Shown here: piece by piece, positions 41,513 through 52,429 of the stretch
Position numbering within the stretch: the first letter of the stretch is position 1
How the letters are laid out: each line of letters opens with the position of its first letter
Assembly: GCA_963781585.1 (NCBI GenBank)
Contig: CAWAGQ010000006.1
Location: 192,001-256,000 of the forward strand
From: an uncultured Gemmatimonadaceae bacterium
GTDB taxonomy: Bacteria > Gemmatimonadota > Gemmatimonadetes > Gemmatimonadales > Gemmatimonadaceae
Length of the DNA: 64,000 nt
Direction: 5' to 3'
Position numbers and translations under genes: made by a program
Notes under the pieces: model-generated
What the model saw: only the letters and a program-made list of their open reading frames with translations
Database searches by the model: none
What the model was told of the DNA's origin: nothing

Positions 41513-42436
41513 ATGAGACAACTGACCTACCGCGCGGCTGCAATGCCCTTCGTAGCGCTGCTAGCCGTAACGACGGGGTCGTGCTCAGATTCTGTATCAC
41601 GGTCAGTTAGCGAGCCATCACGGGTGTCGCTGCTCCAGAGTTCCGTCGTTGGAAATGCGGCGCGATCTGTCTCTGTGAATGGCAGCTTCCCTGTCGTATC
41701 TACGCAACTGAGTAGTCGGCCGGAAATCTCTGCGGAGCACGCTGCTTCCATTGCTGCCCTGTGGCTCAAGAGATTCAACGCGGCAGTGATCAAGCCGTTC
41801 GAACGGGATCGTGGAAGCCCCATCGCCATCAAGTCCCTACGAGCCTGCGGGCGGTACTTCTATGAGAATTCGGCTTACGAGCCGCCGTCGCCGGCGACGC
41901 CAGAATGGGTGCGGCGGGTGGCAGGAGCGCATTGGCTCATTCCGTTCTGCGCTGGGGCGGACCAGCAAATGTCTGTATCCGTCTCAGTTTACGCAGATGA
42001 CTCGTTCCGGCCCAGCGCGTCGGACGATCCGGACCCGCACGGGGTTGACTTCTTTGCTGTGGCCGTCCCAACGGGATTCGGAGCTCCTGCAGCGCCCGAG
42101 AACGTCACGATCTTCGTCGCCGCAAGAACAGGTCGGCGTATCCGCGAAATCCCCGAACTGGTATCGCGAGGTTATGGATCGGCGCCTCAGTTCGCCGTTT
42201 GGAGGGTCGTTCTTGATACCTCCGTAACCGTACGCGGGAACTCTACCGGCACCGATTACACGACGTCCGAGTTGTATGTTCGTATCGTTGACGGCTGGTC
42301 CCTAGCAATGTTCGCCGAGCGTCCGAGCGCTCAGCCTAACGAGACAGAGTATTTGCACTTGCATCCCTCCGTCATGCTGGTGCGCCGAGACCACGGCGCG
42401 CGCAACCTTGAGAGGGTGACAGTGGGGGAACAGTGA
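41513..42436 (+). CDS. Hypothetical lipoprotein
   Basis: GAGG RBS; signal ending in TGSC. Confidence 0.7.
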   Translation: MRQLTYRAAAMPFVALLAVTTGSCSDSVSRSVSEPSRVSLLQSSVVGNAARSVSVNGSFPVVSTQLSSRPEISAEHAASIAALWLKRFNAAVIKPFERDRGSPIAIKSLRACGRYFYENSAYEPPSPATPEWVRRVAGAHWLIPFCAGADQQMSVSVSVYADDSFRPSASDDPDPHGVDFFAVAVPTGFGAPAAPENVTIFVAARTGRRIREIPELVSRGYGSAPQFAVWRVVLDTSVTVRGNSTGTDYTTSELYVRIVDGWSLAMFAERPSAQPNETEYLHLHPSVMLVRRDHGARNLERVTVGEQ

Positions 42437-42438
42437 CA

Positions 42439-44023
42439 ATGCGTACCAGGGCGAGGACGGCTTGGCCTGAAAGAAGGTTGGTTGGACTTGTGACGCTCGT
42501 GATGTCTTCGATATCGCCGTTCGCCTGCGGTGGTGGCGGTGGAGGGCAGCATACGGCGTCGTGCGAGGCGGTCTCGGAAAATGCAGGCTGGGATTCGGTT
42601 CACACTGAATGGTTCGCGGCACCGCCGCGGTCGAGCACGTTCCGGAGCTTGTGATTCCAGCAGCGTTGCTCGGCGCTCTGGGGATAGACGCTGGCCAGCG
42701 CACCCCAGATGCCGAGATGCCCGTCCGCGATCGTGAGCCTCGGCGCCCGCAGGCCGCGGCGCTTCAGGTCGCGCAGCACGCCGGCCCAGCTCTCGGTGGA
42801 CTCCCGCTGCCCGCTGGTGACGGCCAGCACGTGCTTCTGCCCGTCTGCGTCGGCGCCGATCAGCACGAGCAGGGCCGCCTTGCCGCCCTCGAGGCCGGCC
42901 TGCACGTACACGCCGTCGGCCCAGAGGTACACGAGCTTCACCTCGGACAGATCCCGCTGCTGCCACGCGGCGTACTGCGCCTGCCAGGTCGCCTTGAGGC
43001 GCACGAGCGCGCTGGCCGAGAGCGGCGCCGCATCCCCCAGCAGGCCCCGCAGCGCCAGTTCGAAATCCCCCAACGCCAGGCCGTGCAGGTAGAGCTCGGG
43101 CAGCAGCGCGGCGACTTCCGGGGTGATGTCCGTATCTCGTTAAGGCAGTTGGCGATACGGTACCGATGGTATTCGTCATCGACGCAGACGGTATTAAGGA
43201 TTCATATACTCCCTATGTGGGCCTCGGGTATGAGATTCACGTGACGGTTCGCGATGAGCGTGGCGGAAGCTACTACAAGGTCAACACGTACTTTGTTTGG
43301 AGCGAGCACTCTCCGACCGCTGGGAAGGAACGGGCGATCTTCGTATTCGCTGTAAACGGAGCGGAACGCGTGGGCGGCGGCCCAAGCTCGGCGGACGAAG
43401 ACGACATCGAGTTCAATTTCTTCAATCCGAATCAGCTTAACGGCTACGCGCATGCACACTGGACTTGGAGTTCCGAGGTCAATCCCAGCGGTCAGGCCGA
43501 TGTGCTGGGCGCTTCAACTGTATACGTGGGTAACACAATTGAACTGAGATCATATCCCTATTGGGACACCACCGGCTATTTCTACCAATGGGGAGTCGAC
43601 GCTCAGGATGTCCCGAATGCAACTTCATCCGTCTTCTCGACGCATTTCAGCACCCAAGGGATTCGCGCGATTCGGGTCATCCACACACTCGCGGATGGTA
43701 CCACCGATACGGCCACTAAGTCGGTGACAGTTACTCTACCGCCGTTGTTGGTGGAGATACACGGTTCAAGCGAGGTCCCACCCAACATTCAGTCATGCTA
43801 CTTCTACGCATCAATCACCGGAGGTAACGGCGACTACACCTACGAATGGAAGAAGGATAACCAGTCCGTTGGCCAAAATTCACCCGATCTTTTCATTCCG
43901 ACGGGGACAACGGATTTTGCGCTATCTATTACGGTCTACGAGACCGGGTTTAGCAACGGCCAGGCTTCGCGGACAATCACGGTTTCGAGCGCGGCACCAA
44001 GCGAATCCTGTGCCCAGTCGTAG
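42439..44023 (+). pseudogene. Lipoprotein with C-terminal PKD/Ig-like domains, split by an IS256 fragment
   Basis: N-part 42439-42627 has a PFAC lipobox; C-part 43127-44023 has Y.W.VD..F...G and ITGGNGDYTYEWKKD Ig-like repeats. Confidence 0.6.
42628..43126 (-). mobile_element. IS256 family transposase internal fragment
   Basis: LLPELYLHG, YLWADGVY, RESTESW, IADGHLG, QRCWNHK.RNVLD; no IS ends seen. Confidence 0.9.
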
Positions 44024-44237
44024 CGCTACGGACGCTGAATGTGGTTCCGTCGTATTGTCGTCGCCGCAGGGCACCGAGTGGCAGACGGGGCTAACGTTCG
44101 GAGAAGAACAGCTACAACTGGAGGATCCTCGAGGTATTCGGAAATCGCCAGGTTCGAAGGCTTTTTGCAGGTGGAGCCGATCGTGGGCCGCCATTGCGGC
44201 AGTGGCTGGGAGAGACTGCGTCGTCGCACTTCTATGG

Positions 44238-45044
44238 ATGGTCATCGTTCCAACCGCGTGCCGTGACCTCCTGAGCCCCACGTTTCCGGCGGAGAGTGTG
44301 GCGTTTGCCGCGCTTCCGAAATACGGTGTGTGGTGGATGCTCGTGGAAGAATGCTCTGGAACCTCGCGTGACCTGTCAGCGGTGCGCTGGTACACCGTAC
44401 CGGCTGGACGCCCGCTCTCCGTAGACGGCCGGGACGTCGACGGCATCTGGTTCAGGCAAGGCAATCGCGTAGTGCTCCACGAAGACGTCGTCGAGTCCGG
44501 GGCGTTCATTCGTCATGAGATGCTCCATGCTGTCTTGCACAGAGAGGACCATCCGAGGGACTACTTTCAGGTCCGCTGCGGCGATGTTGTGACTTGCGGG
44601 CGGGTCTGTAGCGACAATGGGCCTTATTCGGGGCCGGAGCTTCCGGGAGCCGTCGCCGTGACGCCCGACCATCTGCTTCTCACGGCGCGCCTCACACCTT
44701 CTTCTCCCAGTTTGACGGAGTTCGGCGGCCACTTCAGCGTCAGTGTTTCGGTCCAGAATCCCGATGTCACCCCTGGTCGCGTGCGACTCTGGACGCCCGA
44801 CGGTCTTTCCGCGTGCTCGTTCGGGTTTATCCTCCAACCGCGCGACGGTAGTAGCGGATACGCGTCGCAGTGCGCCATCCTCAATGACTCGGTCTTGGTC
44901 CTGGGGCCCCATGAGGACCGCACGTATGTCTTCGAAGCCGACTTCATCAACGCGGCAAGTCCATTTTCCACGGGAGAGTTTGGTCTGTCCGCGAAGTTTC
45001 TGTCGCAACAGAAGTCCGTGGATGTGGTGCAGATTCGTCCCTAA
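44238..45044 (+). CDS. Hypothetical lipoprotein with HEXXH plus a C-terminal beta domain
   Basis: PTAC, WW..VEECSG and RHEMLHAVL; true start probably somewhat upstream (ORF open from 43869). Confidence 0.65.
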   Translation: MVIVPTACRDLLSPTFPAESVAFAALPKYGVWWMLVEECSGTSRDLSAVRWYTVPAGRPLSVDGRDVDGIWFRQGNRVVLHEDVVESGAFIRHEMLHAVLHREDHPRDYFQVRCGDVVTCGRVCSDNGPYSGPELPGAVAVTPDHLLLTARLTPSSPSLTEFGGHFSVSVSVQNPDVTPGRVRLWTPDGLSACSFGFILQPRDGSSGYASQCAILNDSVLVLGPHEDRTYVFEADFINAASPFSTGEFGLSAKFLSQQKSVDVVQIRP

Positions 45045-45198
45045 CACGTCGCCAGCGTGCCATCGACATGTATGCCGTTGCCCCACCGGTTGGCGAACTG
45101 AGGCGGATGATTGAACCGGCGCGTGCCCACCGTGGAGCCGAACGTTGACGCGTTGAGCCGGGTTCCCGGAGCGTCATCATACCTTCGATGGTGATGCC

Positions 45199-45748
45199 AT
45201 GAGCCTCATGAGACGAGGGACTTACCTCGTGTGCCTCGCGTTGGCTCTGAGTAGTCCGCTTGCCGCGGGACACGCGCAGCGTGGCAGCATTTTCCTGAGC
45301 GTCGCTGTGCGCGATGCCAGCACCGGCGAACCGCTGACCGGTGCGGAAGTCACGATCCGAGACGCCAAGCTGCAAGGTCGCACTGATTCGCTCGGCCGCG
45401 TGCTGTTCTCCAACGTGGCCGCTGTTCATCACCGAAAAGGAGATCCGGTCCGCACATTGGAGCCGGCTGTCTGATCTCATTCTGACGAAAATCCCGGGCC
45501 TGCGCGTTCGCGACATTCAGGGAGGAGGCGCGATCGCTTATAGCACTCGAGGACCCCGGTCCATTTATGGCGACCTGTGTACTATTGCGGTCTATCAGGA
45601 TGGCGTGCGGGTATCCACCGGTGAGGTGGACGTGCTCCCACTGAGCCTTCTTGCTGGCGTGGAGTACTACTCGCCCGGCTTTGTTCCAGTCCAGTATCGC
45701 ACGCTGGGAGCGGAATGCGGGGTGATGCTCCTCTGGACTATCCATTGA
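45199..45748 (+). pseudogene. CarboxypepD_reg-like + plug-like protein, internally deleted and frameshifted
   Basis: Matches 57688-58494 at both ends; about 200 bp missing near 45420 with a frame change. Confidence 0.8.
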
Positions 45749-45797
45749 GTCGCGGGTGAGTCGCAAACCCCCCGACGCCGCCAGGCGCTCTTCTCCC

Positions 45798-46469
45798 TCA
45801 AGCGGCAACATACAGGTTTCGTGCGGAAGTCGCCCACTCGCTCAGATTCGTCTTCCCGAGCAGAACGGCACCGGCGGCGCGCAGGCGGTCAACGATGAAC
45901 GCGTCCTTGGACGGAGTACTCGTCGCCAGCGCGAGCGAGCCCGCCGAGGTGCGCATCTTGTCGGCCGAGTCGATGTTGTCCTTGATGAGGATGGGGATGC
46001 CGTGGAGCGGGCCGCGCACGTGTCCGGCCTTGCGCTCGGCGTCGAGCGCGTCGGCGATGGTGCGCGCGTCGGGATTGAGCTCGATGACGGCGTTGACCGC
46101 GGGCCCGCGCTTATCCATCGCGTCGATGCGGGTGAGGTAGCGATCGACCAGCGCGCGTGAAGTGAGGGAGCCCCGCTCCATGGCGGTGCGGAGGTCGGCG
46201 ACGGATTGCTCGAAGAGCGTATCGCGAGCGGGGACGCCGGGTGCGGGCGCCGGTCCTGGCCGCACCGTGTCGGCGGAGTTCGCCGCGCGGCCGGTGTCGC
46301 CCGCGCGTGTGGAGCAGGCGGTGCCGGTGAGGGCGATAGCGGCGCCGGCGGCGAGGGACCGGCCGACGAAGGTGCGGCGGTCGACGGGCGCCTGGTCCGT
46401 CTGGTTGTCGTCACTCTGGGAGCTGACCGCTGATCGTCTATTGGCTGGATTTCTGGGAGCGTCAGGCAT
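45798..46469 (-). pseudogene. Truncated amidase (5' third)
   Basis: Tat motif through GKTNLSEWA, then an early stop. Confidence 0.9.
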
Positions 46470-47762
46470 TGGCGGGTTGCGCGAAGGGTTGGACACCTGG
46501 GACGCCGGTAGGCCGTGCGTCTGCTCGTGGGCGGGGGGGCGCCGCGCGCCTGTGAGCGATCGCCGAATCCCTGGCTTCAGGCGACACCAAACGTCGTCGA
46601 CGACGCGGCAGCACGCCACCCTCGTGCTCGCCTGAGACGCGAGGTGAGCACGCGGGTCCGGAGCGTCAGCGTTCCCTTTCGCGTCGGGTGATCCCGGAAC
46701 ACCCGCGGACATGTTACGTGGTGTATCGGCGTTGCCCATTGCGTGTCGGCTGTTGCTTGCCGAGCGCCCCAGACTGGAACGGTCCAATCAGGTCGCGTCG
46801 ATGGGCGGGCGCCTTTCATTAGTAAGGCGACCGTCGCCCTTCGACGGCCTCGGCAGTGGCAGACTTGGGCGATGTGAAGGCGCAGATGTCGCAGTCAATC
46901 CAAAGCTCAGGTGCGGGTCGGCCGAAGGTGCTCGTCTTCTGCGCCTCCGCGCCGATGGCCGGTGCGATTCGCGAGGCGCTGGCCGGGCACTTCACGATTC
47001 GTGCGACCGACCAGTGGAGCGACGTCGAAGTCGAGGCGTCGGCAAGCGCGTGTATTGTGGTCGTCGTGCCCGGCCTGCGGCATCCCGACGTCAGGTATCA
47101 CCTTGAATCGGTCAGGACCAGCGCGCCCGACACCCCGATGGTGGTGGTGACGACGAAGGACGCTGAGAATGCGCAGGCGATCGCGGGCATGCCGGTGGAC
47201 GAGGTTGTGTGGGAGACGACTATCCGAGACCAGCTCCGGCCCGCGGTGCTTCGCGTTCTGGAGCAGTCGTACCTCGCCGTCGTCGCACGCAACGTGTTAC
47301 GCCAGGTCTCGCTCGGGCGCGACGTACGGCTTGCGATCGCGGCCGCGTGCAGGAGTCATCCTCCCCTGCAGTCCGTCGACCGGTTGGCGATGGTTTGCGG
47401 CGTGCCACGGAGCACGCTGAATGCCGCGTGGAGCAAGGCGGCACCGCCGACCCTCACTCCGAAGCTGTTCCTTCGGTGGGTTCGACTGCTGCGTGCGGTG
47501 GCGGGGAAGACCGCTCACCGCAGCTGGGAGTCGATCGCCGCCGAGCTCCAAGTCGACGTGGACACGTTGGCGCGCGATGCGACGCATGTCGCGGGTCTAC
47601 ATCTGCGGGACCTGAGCGTGGCGACGATCGACCTCCTTCGCGAGATATTCGAGGACTCTGTCCTTCGGCCGCTGGGTATTCCGGCACCGCCAGCCAAAAT
47701 GCGGTAAAGCTGGCCAGTTTGCGGTTGACGGGTTGAGCAGGTGTGCACGATGTTGGTGCTCG
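45823..47762. repeat. Repeat module copy 3
   Basis: Similar to copies 1 and 2. Confidence 0.9.
46886..47707 (+). CDS. AraC-like transcriptional regulator, copy 3
   Basis: Paralogue of copies 1 and 2. Confidence 0.75.
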   Translation: MSQSIQSSGAGRPKVLVFCASAPMAGAIREALAGHFTIRATDQWSDVEVEASASACIVVVVPGLRHPDVRYHLESVRTSAPDTPMVVVTTKDAENAQAIAGMPVDEVVWETTIRDQLRPAVLRVLEQSYLAVVARNVLRQVSLGRDVRLAIAAACRSHPPLQSVDRLAMVCGVPRSTLNAAWSKAAPPTLTPKLFLRWVRLLRAVAGKTAHRSWESIAAELQVDVDTLARDATHVAGLHLRDLSVATIDLLREIFEDSVLRPLGIPAPPAKMR

Positions 47763-47784
47763 CGCTCGGATTATGGTTGATGGG

Positions 47785-48170
47785 CGTCGATGCGCCGGTT
47801 TGTCGGCATCGAGCTCGCCGAAGAGATCGTCCCAGATGAGAGCACCATTCTGCGATTTCGACGGCTGTTGGAGAGGCACGACCTGGCCCAAGCGATGTTC
47901 GGCGAGAGCGGGGCGCTCCTGACGCAGCGCGGGTGCGCGTGGCGACGGGGAAGATTGTCGACGCGACGATCATCGCCGCGACGATCATCGCCGCGCCCAG
48001 CTCGACGAAGAACGCGACCGAGACGCGGGACGCGGAGATGTGGCAGACGAAAAGGGGGAAGCAGTGGTACTTCGAGATGAAGTTCCACTCCGGGACCGAT
48101 CTCAACGGGCTCGTGCATCACGCGATCGCCATCGACGCCGCGACGGCCGACATATTCTCAGTTGCCCGAT
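47785..48170 (+). mobile_element. IS5 family transposase remnant
   Basis: MRRFVGI..PDESTILRFRRLLE, then in another frame IVDATII.APSSTKN..RD.EM.QTK.G.QWYF.MK; includes a 15-bp tandem duplication. Confidence 0.9.
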
Positions 48171-48394
48171 ATTGAGGGACGTGAGTGCGATCCCTGTGGG
48201 GACCACGCGTACCGGAAGGCGGATCATCGCGTACACTGGCAGCTGGCGGGTGGGCGCTACCGAGTGAATCGCCGTGGCACGAAGGCGAAGCCACTGGCGG
48301 ACCACCAGAAAGCGATCAACTGGTCACGCTCGCGGCGGCAGGCCTAGATGACCCACCACATTCACGGTCCCATCCTGAGCCACTTGAGGAACCA

Positions 48395-49636
48395 GTGAAA
48401 TACTCGAGTTTCATGCTCCTATCGACGATGGCCGTGATTGCGTGTTCCGACGACGCCCACCAAGCTACCGCCCCGGTGGGCCGCACAGTGATCTCGGCTC
48501 GCGAAAACATTGTTCCACCCGGGTATGTTGCGACGCCAGTTGGCCTTCTGCACAGCTCTTGCGTCCATGCGCTTGCGGCCACGGACCGCCTCGACCGAAC
48601 GGGCAACGTAGTCCACCGTGACGGTTCAGTAACGCCGACGCCCCCCTGTCTCTACCAGCCCATCAGCTCGATCGTCTCCGGTCCCGATGGCATCGTCAGC
48701 CCACGCCAAATCACCGGCCAGGGCGTCAGTCCCCAGCTGGATGGCTGGTTGGAGTTCAGCGTGGCGCTCGCCAATACCGGGCGGACCTTCCACTCCCTCG
48801 CCGCAGCCTGGACTGTACCCCAGTATCCAGTGCAAGGCTACGATAACCCGAATAAGGTGTACTTCACTTTCCCGGGCTTGGCGAACGGCTACTACATCAT
48901 CCAGCCTGTACTGTTCTACGGGAATACCGGCGAGATGGGCGGCGCTTTCTGGAGCATCGCCAGTTGGATGTGTCATACTGCCGCAGACCATTGCTGGCAT
49001 AGTCCCCCATTCGCCGTCAACGTCGGTGACCAGATTCAGGGGTCGGTGGCAGGCGACTGCGCCGGTGGATACTGCAGCTGGACAATCACCACGCACGATG
49101 AGACTAGGCAAAGAACGACCACCTTCTACGGTTGGGACTCGGACGACTATACGTGGTCAACGTCCGGCGCTGTGGAGGTGTACGCGCTGACAACCTGCGG
49201 TAACTTCCCGGCGAACGGTGTCTTCTACACGGACGTCGACATTGCTGACGACCTCGGCCAAGGGGTCCTGAGCTGGGGCCGACAGCTTCCAACAAACCCA
49301 GACCCGTCATGCGCCTTCAACGTAACGACGACCGGTTCGACGGCGAATCTCTATCACAATCCGAACCCGCCGCCCCCGCCACTGCAGGTGTCGATCGTGG
49401 GACCGAGCGAGGTTCCAGCAGATGAAGGCGGAACGTGGTCGGCCTACTTCAGCATTACTGGCACGCCGCCGTATACGTATGAGTGGTCAGGAATTCTGTC
49501 GGGTACCGAACCATCAATCACAGGGACGCCGACTACGAGTGATGACCTGATCCTGACGGTCCATGATGCTGCGGGAAACGTCGCCACGGCGTGGCAGTAT
49601 GTGACCGTGTGCCCGTCAGGACAGCGCGGCTGCTGA
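48395..49636 (+). CDS. Lipoprotein with putative G1/glutamic-peptidase-like domain and C-terminal Ig/PKD-like domain
   Basis: GAGGA RBS with GTG; VIAC lipobox; YVATP.G..HSSCVH, W.VP, IIQPVL, GAVEVY; PPPPP linker; GTPPYTYEW. Confidence 0.65.
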   Translation: MKYSSFMLLSTMAVIACSDDAHQATAPVGRTVISARENIVPPGYVATPVGLLHSSCVHALAATDRLDRTGNVVHRDGSVTPTPPCLYQPISSIVSGPDGIVSPRQITGQGVSPQLDGWLEFSVALANTGRTFHSLAAAWTVPQYPVQGYDNPNKVYFTFPGLANGYYIIQPVLFYGNTGEMGGAFWSIASWMCHTAADHCWHSPPFAVNVGDQIQGSVAGDCAGGYCSWTITTHDETRQRTTTFYGWDSDDYTWSTSGAVEVYALTTCGNFPANGVFYTDVDIADDLGQGVLSWGRQLPTNPDPSCAFNVTTTGSTANLYHNPNPPPPPLQVSIVGPSEVPADEGGTWSAYFSITGTPPYTYEWSGILSGTEPSITGTPTTSDDLILTVHDAAGNVATAWQYVTVCPSGQRGC

Positions 49637-49734
49637 CCCCGGCGAGTCGCTGTCCCGTCTCACCGACCGACTTCATGCCGAACTCGTTCGACAAGGGTCA
49701 CGGGCAACCACATTACTTTCAGGTGTGAGGTGCA

Positions 49735-50202
49735 ATGCGACGAAGATATCTCTCAAGTCTGGTCACGCTAGCCGTGACCTTCTCCGCCGGCGCTCCGTCA
49801 CCAGCCCTTGCACAGTATGCGGTTGCCTCGGCGGTGCCGTATTCCCTTCGTCCGCGTGTGCAGCATGATCCGTCCAGCATTAGAGCTTTTCCGGTGGCGC
49901 GTGTCCGGGGCAGCGGCCCGTCGCACCGACGGGCCATGATAATCGGGGGAATTATCGGTGGGGCCCTCGGCGGCCTTGGGGGCGCAGCCTTAAGCCGGAG
50001 TCGAGGTCGCATCGTCTGTGTGCCCAGTGGCCCGCCGTGCGTGCGCGAATCGTCTCACCCAGCCGCGTACACCGTCTGCGGGATAGCGCTCGGCGCCGGA
50101 GCCGGCGCTTGGGTCGGGTACCTTCTGACATCCACGGTCATGCCAAAGACCACTCGCCATTGGCGCCGTCCTGTACCTTTCGGCCTCCCGCCTAACTCAT
50201 GA
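49735..50202 (+). CDS. Hypothetical exported protein with glycine zipper
   Basis: GAGGT RBS; signal peptide; GGIIGGALGGLGG; a Cys pair between two hydrophobic helices. Confidence 0.65.
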   Translation: MRRRYLSSLVTLAVTFSAGAPSPALAQYAVASAVPYSLRPRVQHDPSSIRAFPVARVRGSGPSHRRAMIIGGIIGGALGGLGGAALSRSRGRIVCVPSGPPCVRESSHPAAYTVCGIALGAGAGAWVGYLLTSTVMPKTTRHWRRPVPFGLPPNS

Positions 50203-50448
50203 AGCGCCGAGCAGTGTGGCGTGGCTCGCCAGGCGAACTCTGCAAGCACCTGCGACTGGATTGCCCCTCATTCCGGTCTCGCGGCGATTCCGCGTGCCCG
50301 CGTACAAGCGCCGCGTCCGCGGATGCCGCGCGTGTTACGACGAGTAGAGAGGCGATCTGCTCGGAAGACCTCGACCTGCGGCATGAGAGGGCAGGTCCAC
50401 GCGGCGGGGAATGTCGGGGTACTTCGCTGCCACCAAGAAAAGGCGCGA

Positions 50449-51582
50449 TGGATGCTCATGTTGTTGAGGACACACAGGCAACTTGCAACCAGTCTGCTGT
50501 GCTCGGCGCTCGGCCCAGGTCATCAAGAGCAACGGATTCCGCAATGGACGATAGTGGAACCCGCTGTCCAGCTCTTGGGCCGCGCGCCGCAAGACACGAG
50601 CCAGCAGTTCGGCGTTGTTACGGGAGGGTTTCTGGGCGCGGATGGCATGATCGCGATCGGAGACGGGGCGACAGGAAGCATTCGGTTCTTTCGCTCGCCA
50701 GGACGTCTGATTCGTAGTGTTGGCCGAACCGGAAGTGGACCGGGGGAATTCCGCGAACTGAGTTGGGTTGGTGAGTGCGGGCCGAGAGCGTTTGCCGCAT
50801 TCGACGCGCCCGCCTTGCAACTCACACGTTTCGATTCGAGTGGTCAGGTGGCGCTCGTACGCAGAGCGCCCACCCCTTTTGTGGTACTGCGACCACTCAC
50901 GTGCCGCGCCAATGGCGGTATTATCGCGGTCTTCGATTCGCCAGGAACCCTGCCTGAGCAGTCAGGAATATTTCGAACACCCGGTCTCCTGATCTCGATC
51001 GATCGAGACTTCCTCACGTCGGATACGATCGCCGTGTTCCCAGGAAGTGAACGCTACGTCTCACGAGAGGTCGGTGGCTACGGTGAGCTACCGCTGGGGC
51101 TCACCAGCTTTGCGGCCGCCGGTCCCCACGTTGCTGTCGTGGCAAGAAACGATTCGCCATGGATCAGCATCTATCAGGTGCTCTCACGGGACACGAGTCG
51201 CGTCCACGTGCCACTGACACCTCATCAGGTGACCCAGACCGAGTTTGCAGCCGCGGTGGCCGCGCGGGTTGCAGATGAGTCCACGCCGCGCGTTCGCCAG
51301 CTGCTCACTCGCGTGTATGCTTCGGCTCCGGTACCGCGAGGTGTTCGGTACCTGCGTCAGCTGGCGGTGGACGAACTCGATCAAGTCTGGATAGAGACCT
51401 GGGAAGGAACGTCGACAGATATGACCGTCTGGCTTGTTGTCGACATGCGTGGCAAGGTGCTTGGTCGAATCAAACTTCCAGCGGCGGCACGCATCCTGTA
51501 CGCAGATGGTCATGATCTTCTGTTGCGCTTGCCAGCCGCAGATGGTCCGGAGACGGTCGCGCTCTATCGCCTGCGCAAATAG
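50449..51582 (+). CDS. 6-bladed beta-propeller-like exported protein (type A)
   Basis: VGRTGSGPGEF and FPGSERY..EVGGYGELPLG; start uncertain (ORF open from 50221). Confidence 0.75.
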   Translation, partial: WMLMLLRTHRQLATSLLCSALGPGHQEQRIPQWTIVEPAVQLLGRAPQDTSQQFGVVTGGFLGADGMIAIGDGATGSIRFFRSPGRLIRSVGRTGSGPGEFRELSWVGECGPRAFAAFDAPALQLTRFDSSGQVALVRRAPTPFVVLRPLTCRANGGIIAVFDSPGTLPEQSGIFRTPGLLISIDRDFLTSDTIAVFPGSERYVSREVGGYGELPLGLTSFAAAGPHVAVVARNDSPWISIYQVLSRDTSRVHVPLTPHQVTQTEFAAAVAARVADESTPRVRQLLTRVYASAPVPRGVRYLRQLAVDELDQVWIETWEGTSTDMTVWLVVDMRGKVLGRIKLPAAARILYADGHDLLLRLPAADGPETVALYRLRK

Positions 51583-51611
51583 CGGCCCAGGCCCCGACTG
51601 TCCTCGCGGGC

Positions 51612-52117
51612 GCGGTGGTCTGGATGACGGCGATTCCGGAGCAGCTCTACCGTGCAGTGGTCCGCGCCCTCAAGCAGTCATGCCTGGAGGCCGTGGCCGG
51701 CAACGCGTTGCGCGCGGGTTCGCTCCCGCGGGACGTGCGGATCGCGATCGCCGCCGCGTGCAGGAGTCATGCTCCGGTGAACTCTGTGGAGCGCCTGGCG
51801 AAGGACTGCGGATTGTCCCCGGATACCTGTCCGGCGTCTGGAGAAGATCGGTATCGGGGAGCATCACTCCGAAGGCGTTCCTGCGGTGGATTCGATTGCT
51901 TCGCGCGGTGGCCCGGAAGACCCCGCAGCGAAGCTGGGAGTCCATCGCCGCGGAATTCGAGGTGGACGTGGACACGCTGTGGCGGGATGCGACGCAGGTG
52001 GCCGGGTTTCGGCTTCGTGACGTGAGCCTGGGAACGATCGAGGCGCTTCGCGACCGATTCCAGGATACGGTGCTCTATCTCCTGGGAATTGCTTCACCCC
52101 CGGCAAGAATGCGGTAA
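51612..52117 (+). pseudogene. AraC-like regulator copy 4, 5'-truncated and frameshifted
   Basis: VRIAIAAACRSH..SVERLA in one frame and TPKAFLRWIRLL..SWESIAAE..PARMR in another. Confidence 0.85.
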
Positions 52118-52429
52118 ACTCGCCGTCTTTGCGGTTCCGGAAGGATCGGGAAGGTACGATCGTGGTTCGCGCTTTGACGGGCGGGTGAGATCACGTCAGG
52201 TAATGCACGCCGGCGTTGAACCGTTGGTGGCGGACAGTCAGCGGCGGGAGGCAGGGACGAGCAACGATAGAATGTGCACTCACGACGATCAGGCCTGGCA
52301 CCTGCGTTGGCGCTATGGCACCTCGTACCTCCTGGATACCTCCACCTGGTGGGAGACCTCGAGGTCTGTGTAGTACGTGTAGTCTGGCGCCGTGAGGAGT
52401 GCACCATACGGGTCCGCCCAGTAGGCCGT

